A stretch of 64,000 bases of DNA from contig JBOFUV010000034.1 in NCBI GenBank assembly GCA_051652765.1, forward strand, positions 1-64,000, in the 5' to 3' direction. The DNA comes from Microcoleaceae cyanobacterium. GTDB taxonomy: Bacteria; Cyanobacteriota; Cyanobacteriia; Cyanobacteriales; Microcoleaceae. The position numbers and the translations under genes are program-made. This document shows positions 1 to 9,380 of the stretch, in pieces (the stretch's first letter is position 1; each line of letters opens with the position of its first letter). The notes beneath the pieces are model-generated. The model was not told the DNA's origin, searched no databases, and saw only the letters and a list, made by a program, of their open reading frames with translations.

Positions 1-270
1 CAGCATCAAAAATGGTTTGCCCTGTGGAGTGTAGCTGAACGTTAATTGCTCAGGTAAAAGATGTAGATATTGGCTCAGGATTTCTCGCAAAATTCCACGG
101 GCAACAATGAAAGACAACTGATCCTTTTCAAGGCGAAACCGCTCTGCCCGACAACGTTCATGTTCTGAAAGAACTAGCCACAGTTGCTGAACTTTCTCCG
201 GGGGTAGACTTAAATCTGCCTGCCAAAGATGCACGTCCTTTGATGACAACTGAAACTGCTTGATAGCCAA
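1..270 (-). CDS. 4'-phosphopantetheinyl transferase, Sfp/HetI-like (N-terminal part; runs off the window start)
   Basis: Not in the ORF track. Manual minus-strand translation gives DVHLWQADLSLPPEKVQQLWLVLSEHERCRAERFRLEKDQLSFIVARGILREILSQYLHLLPEQLTFSYTPQGKP, the typical Sfp-type N-terminus. Start (TTG at 270) is uncertain. Confidence 0.85.
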   Translation of the reverse strand, partial: MAIKQFQLSSKDVHLWQADLSLPPEKVQQLWLVLSEHERCRAERFRLEKDQLSFIVARGILREILSQYLHLLPEQLTFSYTPQGKPFLML

Positions 271-475
271 AAAATAGTGAATAACTGGGGATTACTTGCA
301 ACTAATCACGCAGACAGAATCACATGCTATTGATGTGCTAAGCCTTAGACAGGAACATCTCAAAGTAAACCATGGAAGTCTTATAGCTCCCAGAGAGGTC
401 AACAACTCTTATCAAGAATTAGTAATCCTTAACAAACTTTGTCGGATGAAATTCTGAAGAGAAAAGAGTTGTTCA

Positions 476-766
476 CTAACTATCACTCATGATTTTAGGC
501 ACTCTAAAATAGCTGCCATCTTGTTCAGGCGCACCCTTTAAAATAGCTTCTCGATTTGCATAGGGTTCAAGGGTATCTGATCGAGTAATGTTACTGAGAT
601 CAATGGCTCTTGTTGTGGGAGCAACATTTTCTGTATCCAACTCTTTCAACTGTTCAAAGTAGTCTAAAATGCTGCCCAATTCTACCGTATATTTCTCTTC
701 TTCGGCAGGGGTTAATTGAAGGCGAGCTAAATGAGCAACCTTGTGAACTTGTTCGCGGTCAATCAT
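476..766 (-). CDS. gatC: Asp-tRNA(Asn)/Glu-tRNA(Gln) amidotransferase subunit C
   Basis: [17 protein letters not shown]-terminus and YFRVPKI C-terminus; 96 aa. Confidence 0.96.
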   Translation of the reverse strand: MIDREQVHKVAHLARLQLTPAEEEKYTVELGSILDYFEQLKELDTENVAPTTRAIDLSNITRSDTLEPYANREAILKGAPEQDGSYFRVPKIMSDS

Positions 767-774
767 AATTCTCT

Positions 775-1296
775 CTAGAAATAAACATCTATGTTGGAAC
801 GACCTGTCGTTTTTAGCCAGTTTTGAGCTTCGATGTAATTGTTGGGCGCAAGACGAATGGCTCTCACCCAGAACTCTGCGGCCTGCTTAAACTCGTCTTC
901 TGCCTGATCTGCATCCCCGGCTGCTTTTGCCTTTTCGCCGCGATAATGATGAATCACTGCCATATTATTGAGGGTTTGAGGCATCCGGCCATTCAGCTCT
1001 AGGGCTTGGTTATAGTACCCTAAAGCCCTATCATGTTCTCCATTGCTGGTATGAATCAGGCCAATATTGTAGAGAATATAGCTGCGGTCGTAGGGATCTT
1101 GTTCAAGTTCAAGGGCTTCCTCGTAGTTTTCCAAGGCTTCAGCATATTCCCCATCTGCCTGAGCGGACATTCCATCTCGATAATAGGCAAACGCTTCTTT
1201 GGCTTGCTGATTTGCGGGTAAGATCTTGAGAATGATATCGGCAATAACCGTAAACGTTTTGTCAACAAAGTTATCGTTTCGCTGGGTTCTAGGCAT
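775..1296 (-). CDS. ycf3: Photosystem I assembly TPR protein Ycf3
   Basis: [15 protein letters not shown] start, TPR repeats, [13 protein letters not shown] end. Confidence 0.98.
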   Translation of the reverse strand: MPRTQRNDNFVDKTFTVIADIILKILPANQQAKEAFAYYRDGMSAQADGEYAEALENYEEALELEQDPYDRSYILYNIGLIHTSNGEHDRALGYYNQALELNGRMPQTLNNMAVIHHYRGEKAKAAGDADQAEDEFKQAAEFWVRAIRLAPNNYIEAQNWLKTTGRSNIDVYF

Positions 1297-1449
1297 AAAA
1301 CAACTGGCTAGTGATTTTTACTGCGGATATCGTTAACTTTTCTTTGACTCAGAGAGTTAACTCTCTATTTTTATCTCACTTTGACTGATTCTGCCCTTAA
1401 TTGTAGAGAAAATTATACTAGTAGTTAAAAGACACCTCTAATAAAATCC

Positions 1450-2790
1450 ATGACAACAACTCCAAATCCTGCCATTATTAAAGCCGTTGAACAGCTTGAT
1501 TATCGGGTTACACCGGGTGATGTAGCTGTTCAGGCAGGGATTGATGTTAATCTTGCCCAGCGACAGCTTCTGACTCTTGCTTCAGAAACAGGGGGGCACT
1601 TACAGGTGGCCGAGTCGGGGGAAATTGCTTTCCAATTTTCTAAAGATTTGCGGGCAATTCTCCGGAACAAATCTTGGCAATTAAGGTTTCAGGAATGGTG
1701 GAAGAAAATTTGGCACATCTTATTTTACCTGATCCGAATTTCATTTGGAACTTTTTTACTGCTCTCAATTGTGTTAATTGTTGTTAGCATTTCAATTCTG
1801 GTGGTGGCAATTAGCATGAGTGGTCGAGATGGAGAAATGGGAGGCAGTGGAGAAGGCAGGGGTGGATCGATTTTTTTACCCAATGTTTGGCTAGGAGATT
1901 GGATGTGGTTTGTACACTGGGATACTAATACTTATCCTCCCCATCGACCCAAACAATCTAGGGAGGGAGGCGATCGCCTTAACTTTTTAGAGGCAGTATT
2001 TTCCTTTTTATTCGGAGATGGAAACCCCAATTACAACTTAGAAGAGCGACGTTGGCGAACCATTGCAACCGTAATTCGAAATAATCAAGGAGCCGTCATT
2101 GCCGAACAACTTTCTCCTTATGTTGATCAGATTTCTCCAGGTTCCCAGGACTATGAAGACTACATACTACCTGCCTTGATTCGGTTTAATGGTCAGCCCG
2201 AAGTTAGCCCTGAGGGAGAAATTATCTATCATTTTCCTGAACTTCAAACCACTGCAAAAACAACCGTACAAAACATGGATTCTCAGTTGCAACCTCAACC
2301 TGTTGCAGATTACTTGAAAGAGAAACCCTGGCGATTTAGTCGTGCGAGTTCAAGTCAGATTATGTTGGCGACGGGCTTGGGAGCAACTAACTTAGTCGGT
2401 GCTTTAGTGTTAGGGAAGCTTCTGACTACAGGAACTTTAGTAGCTCAAATTGGGGGAATTGTAGCCTTTGCAAATTGGATTTTTCCCTTAATTCTTGCTT
2501 ATGGAATAGGATTTTTAGGGATTCCACTGGTACGTTATTTCTGGATTCAGGGTCGGAATCGCAAGGTCAATACTCGCAATCAACAGCGGCAAGAACGGGT
2601 ATTTACTTTGGATCAAGCCGATCAAACCCTTCAGAAAAAACTGGATTATGCTCACCAATTTGCAACTGAAACTGTGATCGATCAAAGCCAACTGGCTTAT
2701 ACAACTGAGAATGATTTAGTTGAGCAAGAACTGGATCAAGCCGATAGAATTGATGCGGAATGGCAAAAGCGTTTAGATCAGTCCAATTAG
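1450..2790 (+). CDS. Conserved cyanobacterial/plastid membrane protein of unknown function
   Basis: 446 aa with TM segments; motifs RVTPGDVA, FLEAVFSFLFGDGNPN and PEVSPEGEIIYHFPELQ that I recognise from a conserved family. Confidence 0.75.
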   Translation: MTTTPNPAIIKAVEQLDYRVTPGDVAVQAGIDVNLAQRQLLTLASETGGHLQVAESGEIAFQFSKDLRAILRNKSWQLRFQEWWKKIWHILFYLIRISFGTFLLLSIVLIVVSISILVVAISMSGRDGEMGGSGEGRGGSIFLPNVWLGDWMWFVHWDTNTYPPHRPKQSREGGDRLNFLEAVFSFLFGDGNPNYNLEERRWRTIATVIRNNQGAVIAEQLSPYVDQISPGSQDYEDYILPALIRFNGQPEVSPEGEIIYHFPELQTTAKTTVQNMDSQLQPQPVADYLKEKPWRFSRASSSQIMLATGLGATNLVGALVLGKLLTTGTLVAQIGGIVAFANWIFPLILAYGIGFLGIPLVRYFWIQGRNRKVNTRNQQRQERVFTLDQADQTLQKKLDYAHQFATETVIDQSQLAYTTENDLVEQELDQADRIDAEWQKRLDQSN

Positions 2791-2832
2791 TCAGTCAAGA
2801 ATATTAAGGATTGCTCTAAATCAAGCGTAAAA

Positions 2833-4245
2833 ATGGCTTTAGTGATTGCAGGCGATCGCAGTAGCGCCGGAAAAACAACCGTTACTCTAGCACTTTTAGC
2901 CTATCTCAAGCAGCAGCAACTCAAAGTGCAATCCTTTAAAGTCGGGCCAGACTACATTGACCCGATGTTTCATGATGTTATCACTGGAAAATCTTGTCGC
3001 AATCTCGATCCAATTCTAACGTCGGAAGCTTACGTTAAAACCTGTTTCATAAACAATACTCAAGACGTTGATTTTGCATTAATTGAAGGAGTTATGGGTC
3101 TATTTGATGGAATTCCCAATCGGGATTTCAACCTGCCAATAGCCTCAACGGCTCACATTGCTAGCCTTTTAAATCTGCAAATCCTTTTAGTCATTGACTG
3201 TAGTCGTTTATCTGGATCAATTGCAGCAATCGTTCATGGATTTACAACACTCAATCCTAGGCTTAAATTTGCGGGATGCGTGTTGAATCGAGTCGGCAGT
3301 GATCGCCATCTGGAATTGCTTCAGTTGGCGTTAGAGCCTTTAAATTTTCCTGTTTTAGGTGTCCTAAATCGTCAAGCCGAGATTGAGATTCCAGATCGGC
3401 ATTTGGGCCTGGTTCCTACCGATGAACTCTCAAACTTTCACATCGTTCTAGATCGATTAGAAACATTGGCAAGACAATGCTTTAATTGGCCTCAACTTTT
3501 ACCCCTATTGAAAGTAGAACACTCAAAACTTGCCAAAAATCCTAGTCAACCTTTAGTATTCTCTCAGACTTCTGCGATGAATTCATCGATTAAAATTGGG
3601 ATTGCTAAGGACAAGTCATTTAATTTTTACTATGTAGATAATCTGGAACTTTTACAATCCTTAGGAGCCGAATTAATTTTCTGGAGCCCTCTAGAAGATC
3701 TAAATATTCCACAAAATTTACAAGGACTCTATTTTGGGGGAGGATTTCCTGAAGTTTTTGCAGAACACTTGAGTCAGAATAGCTCTGTTCATCAGTCCAT
3801 TCACCGGGCGATTCAGTTAGGAATTCCGACCTATGCTGAATGTGGGGGGCTAATGTACTTATCGCAGGCAATTAGAGATTTTAATCATCACTCTTGGCCA
3901 ATGATTGGAACTCTGCCTACTACTGCGGTGATGGGAGAACAGTTAAAACTGGGATATTTTCAAGGAACTGTTTTGCACGACAGTTTACTATTGAAGCGAG
4001 GCGATCAGGTTTGTGGACATCAGTTTCATCGATCAGATTTAACGGTTCAATCCCATCAACCTTTGTTTGAATTAAAGCGGTATAATCAAAGAAATATTAA
4101 CGAAGTAGAAGGATGGCGATCGCCGCTCAATATTCATGCTTCCTATCTCCATTTACATTGGGGAAATTGCTTGGAAATTCCCACACGGTTTATCCAGCAA
4201 TGTCAAGAATTTTTTAATGCTAATTTAAGATTTAGTTCAAGATAA
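2833..4245 (+). CDS. cobB: Cobyrinate a,c-diamide synthase
   Basis: P-loop GKTT, FKVGPDYIDP, IEGVMGLFDG, glutaminase YAECGGLMYL, ASYLHLHW. Confidence 0.95.
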   Translation: MALVIAGDRSSAGKTTVTLALLAYLKQQQLKVQSFKVGPDYIDPMFHDVITGKSCRNLDPILTSEAYVKTCFINNTQDVDFALIEGVMGLFDGIPNRDFNLPIASTAHIASLLNLQILLVIDCSRLSGSIAAIVHGFTTLNPRLKFAGCVLNRVGSDRHLELLQLALEPLNFPVLGVLNRQAEIEIPDRHLGLVPTDELSNFHIVLDRLETLARQCFNWPQLLPLLKVEHSKLAKNPSQPLVFSQTSAMNSSIKIGIAKDKSFNFYYVDNLELLQSLGAELIFWSPLEDLNIPQNLQGLYFGGGFPEVFAEHLSQNSSVHQSIHRAIQLGIPTYAECGGLMYLSQAIRDFNHHSWPMIGTLPTTAVMGEQLKLGYFQGTVLHDSLLLKRGDQVCGHQFHRSDLTVQSHQPLFELKRYNQRNINEVEGWRSPLNIHASYLHLHWGNCLEIPTRFIQQCQEFFNANLRFSSR

Positions 4246-4304
4246 ATTTCTCAAAAAATGCTCAATGAAAGTTCTCGCTACTTTTAGTAACTGTTGCAAC
4301 TCTT

Positions 4305-4799
4305 ATGAACAAATCAATTACAATTGAAACCTTGCTAGCCCAAGAGATTACGTCTGAAAATTTCAAACTATATGGTCAGGTGATTACCCCGTCCCAAGAT
4401 GGGAAACTCTATGATAAAGCCGATGCCCAGTTGAGTTTTGAACAGGGAATTCCTCGATTTTACATCATGCGATTACAGCAAAAAGGACTGGGATTTCACC
4501 AGATTACTCGCCATAACAAATGTACCCAATGCCTTGGATCGTTGGAGGGAAAAGAATGGTTTATTGCTGTGGCTCCGCCATCTTTAGAAGATAAACCTAA
4601 CTTGGAACAATTAACTGCTTTCCGAATTTCAGGGAACTGTTTTATCAGATTAGAGATTGGAACTTGGCACGCAGGCCCCTATTTTGATCAGGAGTTTGTT
4701 GATTTTTATAATTTAGAGTTGAGCGATACGAATGTTGTCGATCACTTTACCTATAATTTTTTGCAATCTGAGAATTTGCAATTTGAAATCGTTTCTTAA
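4305..4799 (+). CDS. Ureidoglycolate lyase/hydrolase family protein (cupin)
   Basis: ITRHNKCTQCLGSL, GTWHAGPYF and FYNLELSDTN motifs. Confidence 0.8.
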   Translation: MNKSITIETLLAQEITSENFKLYGQVITPSQDGKLYDKADAQLSFEQGIPRFYIMRLQQKGLGFHQITRHNKCTQCLGSLEGKEWFIAVAPPSLEDKPNLEQLTAFRISGNCFIRLEIGTWHAGPYFDQEFVDFYNLELSDTNVVDHFTYNFLQSENLQFEIVS

Positions 4800-4839
4800 C
4801 CCCTGAGGATTTTTCTTTGGCTCCACAGTTGAGTCTTGC

Positions 4840-4959
4840 TATAACAATCCTGTTTGAATCATGAACTTGTTTGAAATATAAACTTGGCGTGGACATCTTG
4901 CCCGTGGAGGCTAGAAACTTCTATCATATATATTTCGCAAATAATTTGGGATTGTTGTA
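4840..4959. mobile_element. Degenerate MITE-like dispersed repeat
   Basis: Ends TATAACAATCC / GGATTGTTGTA (inverted, 1 mismatch); internal GGACATCTTGCCCG core shared with other intergenic sites. Confidence 0.55.
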
Positions 4960-5020
4960 AGCTATGACTGCAATGATACTTGCTAAAGTATATAAGTCAT
5001 TTTAATTATAATTTCTAATT

Positions 5021-6280
5021 ATGATTCCTAACTATGATTTAATTTTACGAAACGGTTTGCTTCTGCTTTCTCCAACACAAATTGAACCCGGAGATATTGC
5101 GATTAATTCAGGCAAAATTGCCGCGATCGCCCCTCATATTCTTGGCACTTCTACCCAGGAAATTGATGTCCAGGGTAAGCTCATTAGCCCGCCGTTTGTA
5201 GAATCTCATATTCATTTAGATTCGGCGTTGACTGCTGGAGAACCTCGTTGGAACCAAAGTGGAACTTTGTTTGAAGGCATTAAAATCTGGGAGAAACGGA
5301 AACAGGATTTAACGTTAGCAGATGTTAAGAACCGAGCAATTACAACCCTCAAAAGACAAGCTGAGCAGGGAATTTTATGGGTGCGTACCCATGTAGATGT
5401 GAGTCAATCAAACTTAGTTGCTTTGCAAGCCTTGTTAGCAGTTAGAGAAGCTGTTAAAGATTGGATCACGGTTCAAGTCATTGCCTTTCCCCAGGATGGA
5501 ATTTATAGTCGTCCTGAAAATGAGGTGTTACTAGAAAAATCTCTAGAAATGGGAGCAGATGGAGTTGGCGGGATTCCCCATTATGAATTTACCCGTGAAG
5601 ATGGGGTAAATTCGATTCATAAAGTTTTTGAGCTGGCTACAAAATATGGCTGCTTAATTGATATTCATTGTGATGAAATTGATGATGATCAATCCAGGTT
5701 TTTAGAAGTTGTTGCAGCCTGTGCAATTCGGACTAGCATGGGAGCAAATGTAACTGCAAGCCATACTACTGCGTTAAGCTCTTACAACAATGCCTATGCA
5801 TTTAAACTGATGGGATTATTAGAACGATCACAAATTAATTTTGTTGCCAATCCTTTAATTAATATCACCCTTCAAGGTCGTACTGATACCTATCCCAAAC
5901 GCCGAGGCATTACCCGAGTTAAAGAACTCTGGCAACAAGGATTAAATGTGAGTTTAGGTCATGATTGTATTCAAGATCCTTGGTATAGTTTGGGGACTGG
6001 AAACATGTTAGACGTAGCTCATATGGCGGTTCATGTCTGTCAAATGACAGGAGTCACTGAAATTGAAGCCTGTTATAATATGGTGACTTGGAATGGGGCA
6101 AAGACCTTGAATTTAGCGAGAGAATATGGTCTAAATGTGGATCAATCCGCAAACTTAATTGTGCTAGATGCTGAGAGCCCTTACGCAGCTATTCGAGATC
6201 GATCAACTGTTCAATGGGTCATTTGTCAGGGGAAAGTATTGGTTGAAACGGAACTGAAGAAAGCCCGATTTTATCAATAA
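5021..6280 (+). CDS. codA: Cytosine deaminase
   Basis: HIHLD metal motif, WNQSGTLFEGI, HCDEIDD, GRTDTYPKRRG, DPWYSLG. Confidence 0.93.
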   Translation: MIPNYDLILRNGLLLLSPTQIEPGDIAINSGKIAAIAPHILGTSTQEIDVQGKLISPPFVESHIHLDSALTAGEPRWNQSGTLFEGIKIWEKRKQDLTLADVKNRAITTLKRQAEQGILWVRTHVDVSQSNLVALQALLAVREAVKDWITVQVIAFPQDGIYSRPENEVLLEKSLEMGADGVGGIPHYEFTREDGVNSIHKVFELATKYGCLIDIHCDEIDDDQSRFLEVVAACAIRTSMGANVTASHTTALSSYNNAYAFKLMGLLERSQINFVANPLINITLQGRTDTYPKRRGITRVKELWQQGLNVSLGHDCIQDPWYSLGTGNMLDVAHMAVHVCQMTGVTEIEACYNMVTWNGAKTLNLAREYGLNVDQSANLIVLDAESPYAAIRDRSTVQWVICQGKVLVETELKKARFYQ

Positions 6281-6436
6281 CATTTCAGATTAAAGTCTCA
6301 GATCAAGTTTCAGATCTTGGATTCTTTAGTGTTCAGGTAAAACAGAGTTAATTAATCCTTGTATTTATCTCTCTAAGTCACAGTTTTTCCTCCACTGAAT
6401 TCAGCCTTGGTTCAGCTAGTTAATGATGATAGTTTT

Positions 6437-6477
6437 TTCAACAAACATTCAACAAACATTCAACAAACTTCAATAAA
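6437..6477. repeat. 11-bp tandem repeat (TTCAACAAACA, about 3.7 copies)
   Basis: Seen directly. Confidence 0.85.
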
Positions 6478-6561
6478 AAAATCTTGTTTAGTAGATTTTT
6501 AGTCTGTTTTAAGGGTCATCTTGCAAACCTTAAAGATTTGTAAAGTCTCAATGATTAAATT

Positions 6562-6570
6562 TGGTATAAT
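6562..6570 (+). promoter_or_regulatory. Extended -10 promoter (TGGTATAAT) upstream of the CHAD gene
   Basis: TGn-TATAAT consensus about 50 bp before the ATG. Confidence 0.55.
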
Positions 6571-6621
6571 AGGAACAGTGGACAAATTGCTCAAGGCAAT
6601 ATTCAGTTTAGATAATAGGCA

Positions 6622-7620
6622 ATGACAATGAAAACGCTACAAGAAACTAAAACTTTAGGGGATTGGGCGGCCCTAGGAATTCAAACTCATCTCAGAAAAG
6701 TTCTCAAACATGAACCTGAAGTATTAAAGGATGAGAACCCCGAAGAACTCCATCAAATGCGGGTTGGAATGCGGCGCTTGCGCTCGGCAATGCAAGGATT
6801 TGCACCCGTTTTAAATTTGCCTGAATCCTTGCAAGATCAACGAATTGGCAAGGTGGGCCGTCGCCTCGGAAAATTGCGAGATTTAGATGTTCTGTTAGAG
6901 GCATTGCGCGATCGCTACTACCCCAACTTACCCCCTGACGAACAGGAAGAACTCAATCAAGCCTTCCTGCGTCTTGGCAAACGCCGTCGAAAAGTGTTTA
7001 AGCTAGTGCAAAACATGATTGCCGATGAGCGCTACGAGCAGCTCAAACAAGAACTGCAACAATGGCTTGATGTTCCCTGCTACACCCGAATTGAGCAGCT
7101 TCCGATCCGAGAAGTTTTGCCAGATTTACTGTTGCCCCAGATTAGTTGCCTGTTTCTACATCCAGGTTGGCAGGTTGGGGTTGGAGAGTTGAAGCCGGAC
7201 GTGAATCCTTTAGAAAACTCACTCTCTACGGCTGAATTATCGTCAGAGGCCGTTGAAAAGATTCTCCGAACTGAGGGAGAGATTTTGCATGACCTGCGTA
7301 AAGAGGTCAAGCGAGTGCGATACCAAATGAGTTTGTTTACAGATTTTTATGGCGCAGAATACATGGTCTATTTAGAAGACATGAAAGCCATTCAGGAGTG
7401 CCTAGGGGAGATTCAAGACAGTGAAGTTTTAGAGTCGGTGATGCAAGAAATTTTGAAGTCGAACTTAGATTCAGTCATGTCTACTTTTGCGAACCTTCTA
7501 ACTCAAAATCGCCACGAAGCTTGGCAGAGATGGCATCTGCTCCAAGAGCGCTATCTGAATCCTGAGACTCGCCAAGGGTTTCGAGTGACCGTACTCCATC
7601 CCGCCCTCAACGCAAACTAG
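6622..7620 (+). CDS. CHAD domain protein (polyphosphate-binding family)
   Basis: LHQMRVGMRRLRS, LGKLRDLDV, LHDLRKEVKRVRY, LGEIQD. Confidence 0.92.
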   Translation: MTMKTLQETKTLGDWAALGIQTHLRKVLKHEPEVLKDENPEELHQMRVGMRRLRSAMQGFAPVLNLPESLQDQRIGKVGRRLGKLRDLDVLLEALRDRYYPNLPPDEQEELNQAFLRLGKRRRKVFKLVQNMIADERYEQLKQELQQWLDVPCYTRIEQLPIREVLPDLLLPQISCLFLHPGWQVGVGELKPDVNPLENSLSTAELSSEAVEKILRTEGEILHDLRKEVKRVRYQMSLFTDFYGAEYMVYLEDMKAIQECLGEIQDSEVLESVMQEILKSNLDSVMSTFANLLTQNRHEAWQRWHLLQERYLNPETRQGFRVTVLHPALNAN

Positions 7621-7748
7621 GGGTTGGTCAGGCTTGATTAGGGTGTAGAGGTTGGTATCGAGCTAGTGATACCCAGTAGTTTCTAAGTTAAGGTTCTTAA
7701 GCTAATGCTCTCAAACCAACACTTACAAGGGCTTATTGGGTTTCACTG

Positions 7749-7790
7749 TGTTTTACTCAGCTTGTCTTACTCAGCTTGTTTTGCTCAGCC
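7749..7790. repeat. 14-bp tandem repeat (TGTTTTACTCAGCT-like, 3 copies)
   Basis: Seen directly. Confidence 0.8.
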
Positions 7791-7967
7791 TACAAACTAC
7801 AAAATTGGTCTAGATGAACGACTATCACTGGATTGGGAGCACAAACTTCGAGCTTTCATGGATTACGATAGTAGCGATGCCAATTGATCAAACATGCAGT
7901 TTTTGCCTTCAGGAGCCTATGTTTACGATCGGCACAATCCTGACGGAAATCAAATTATTTCATCAAA

Positions 7968-8519
7968 TTATTTCATCAAATTATTTTTATAAAACGTCAA
8001 AGCAGTGTTCCCGTAAACTTTTCGCCGACAGACCGTTAGCTGGTCAACTGAATCTGAAAAAAATTGTCTTGGATCATGCTCAACGGCAAGTTCTCCTTCA
8101 CCTGCAAGTAACTGGTATCGCACAATTGCTGCAATCACAGGTTCGTATAAATTACTCGCGTAGGGTGGATCGAAGTAAATTCGGTCAAATTGTTGAGCCG
8201 ATAAATGCTTCAAGCGCTCGATCACATTTCCTCGCATCACTTGAATATCCTGGTTATCCCCAGCAACTAACTGCCAATTCTCTTGAATGACGCTACAGGC
8301 TTTGCTCGATTGCTCAATGGCAACGGCCAGACTTGCCCCCCGAGACAGCGCCTCTGCCCCCATAGAACCGCTTCCTGCACAGAGGTCAAGCCAATGGCAG
8401 TCCTCAATTTTTCCCTGCCAAATATTAAATACTGCCTCCCGTACCCTGGCCAGGGTTGGGCGTGTGAGGGAACCTGGCAAAGTTTTCAACTGGCGATTGC
8501 CATAGATTCGTAGGCTCAT
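7968..8519 (-). CDS. rsmD: 16S rRNA m2G966 methyltransferase
   Basis: TRPTLARVREAVFNI, LDLCAGSG, FDPPY. Confidence 0.95.
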   Translation of the reverse strand: MSLRIYGNRQLKTLPGSLTRPTLARVREAVFNIWQGKIEDCHWLDLCAGSGSMGAEALSRGASLAVAIEQSSKACSVIQENWQLVAGDNQDIQVMRGNVIERLKHLSAQQFDRIYFDPPYASNLYEPVIAAIVRYQLLAGEGELAVEHDPRQFFSDSVDQLTVCRRKVYGNTALTFYKNNLMK

Positions 8520-8531
8520 AGGGTTAGCCAG

Positions 8532-9215
8532 TCAAACGATTGAGTTGACTGAAGCCAGTTGGATCACATCAGGGTGACTTCCTGCTTTTGCCTGCCCCTG
8601 AACCCATTCCACAAAGTTATGCAAAATCTGTAACCCGACACTAGAGGATTTTTCTGGGTGAAACTGGGTTGCCATAATGTTCTGGTAGGCAACCGCTGCT
8701 GTCACCGTTTGACTACCGTGAGTAATCGTTGCTGCTTTAATCGTCGGGTCTGCTGGGTCAACATAGAAAGAATGAACAAAATAGGCCCAGGGATTCTCTG
8801 GTAAATTCTGCCAGAGCGGCAAATCAGATTGAGTGAACTGGAGCTGGTTCCAACCCATATGAGGAATGGTTAATCCGGGTTCAGAGGTGAAGCGTCGGAC
8901 GGTTCCGGCAAAAATACCTAATCCCGGTTCAATACCCTCGTCGCCCCGTTCAAATAAGATCTGTAAGCCCAAACAAATGCCGAGAAATGGCTTTCCTGAA
9001 GCAATCACGGCTTGAATCGGCTCGACCAACTGGCGCGATCGCAGGTGTTGCATTGCTGGATCAAACGCACCGACTCCAGGCAGGATAACGGCATCAGCCT
9101 GATGAATGATAGCTGGAGAATCTGTAACCTGAGGTGTTGCACCCGTTTTTTCCAGTCCTTTGCAAACTGAGTGCAGATTTCCCATATCGTAGTCAATCAC
9201 GGCAATTCGCGTCAT
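8532..9215 (-). CDS. hisH: Imidazole glycerol phosphate synthase, glutaminase subunit
   Basis: IDYDMGNL, PGVGAF, GICLG, QFHPEKS. Confidence 0.97.
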   Translation of the reverse strand: MTRIAVIDYDMGNLHSVCKGLEKTGATPQVTDSPAIIHQADAVILPGVGAFDPAMQHLRSRQLVEPIQAVIASGKPFLGICLGLQILFERGDEGIEPGLGIFAGTVRRFTSEPGLTIPHMGWNQLQFTQSDLPLWQNLPENPWAYFVHSFYVDPADPTIKAATITHGSQTVTAAVAYQNIMATQFHPEKSSSVGLQILHNFVEWVQGQAKAGSHPDVIQLASVNSIV

Positions 9216-9380
9216 TGTTACCTTCCTTTGTCACGGCCATTAGTCTGATTTTAAACGCTATTCTGAACCTTGACTGAATGGAGTGCCACCGTAACCCTGA
9301 AAGTTGCAATCCAGTCGCAACTGTAACTAAGTTGTAGTCCAGATCATGGCTTGCCGGAGTCCCTTATTAACACTCAAGAA

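Noticed and set aside
7621..7967. petG expected near rsmD or cytM
   Set aside because: No PetG-like small ORF found here or around 48130-48768
7814..8290. 158-aa plus ORF
   Set aside because: Mostly antisense to rsmD, with no recognisable motifs
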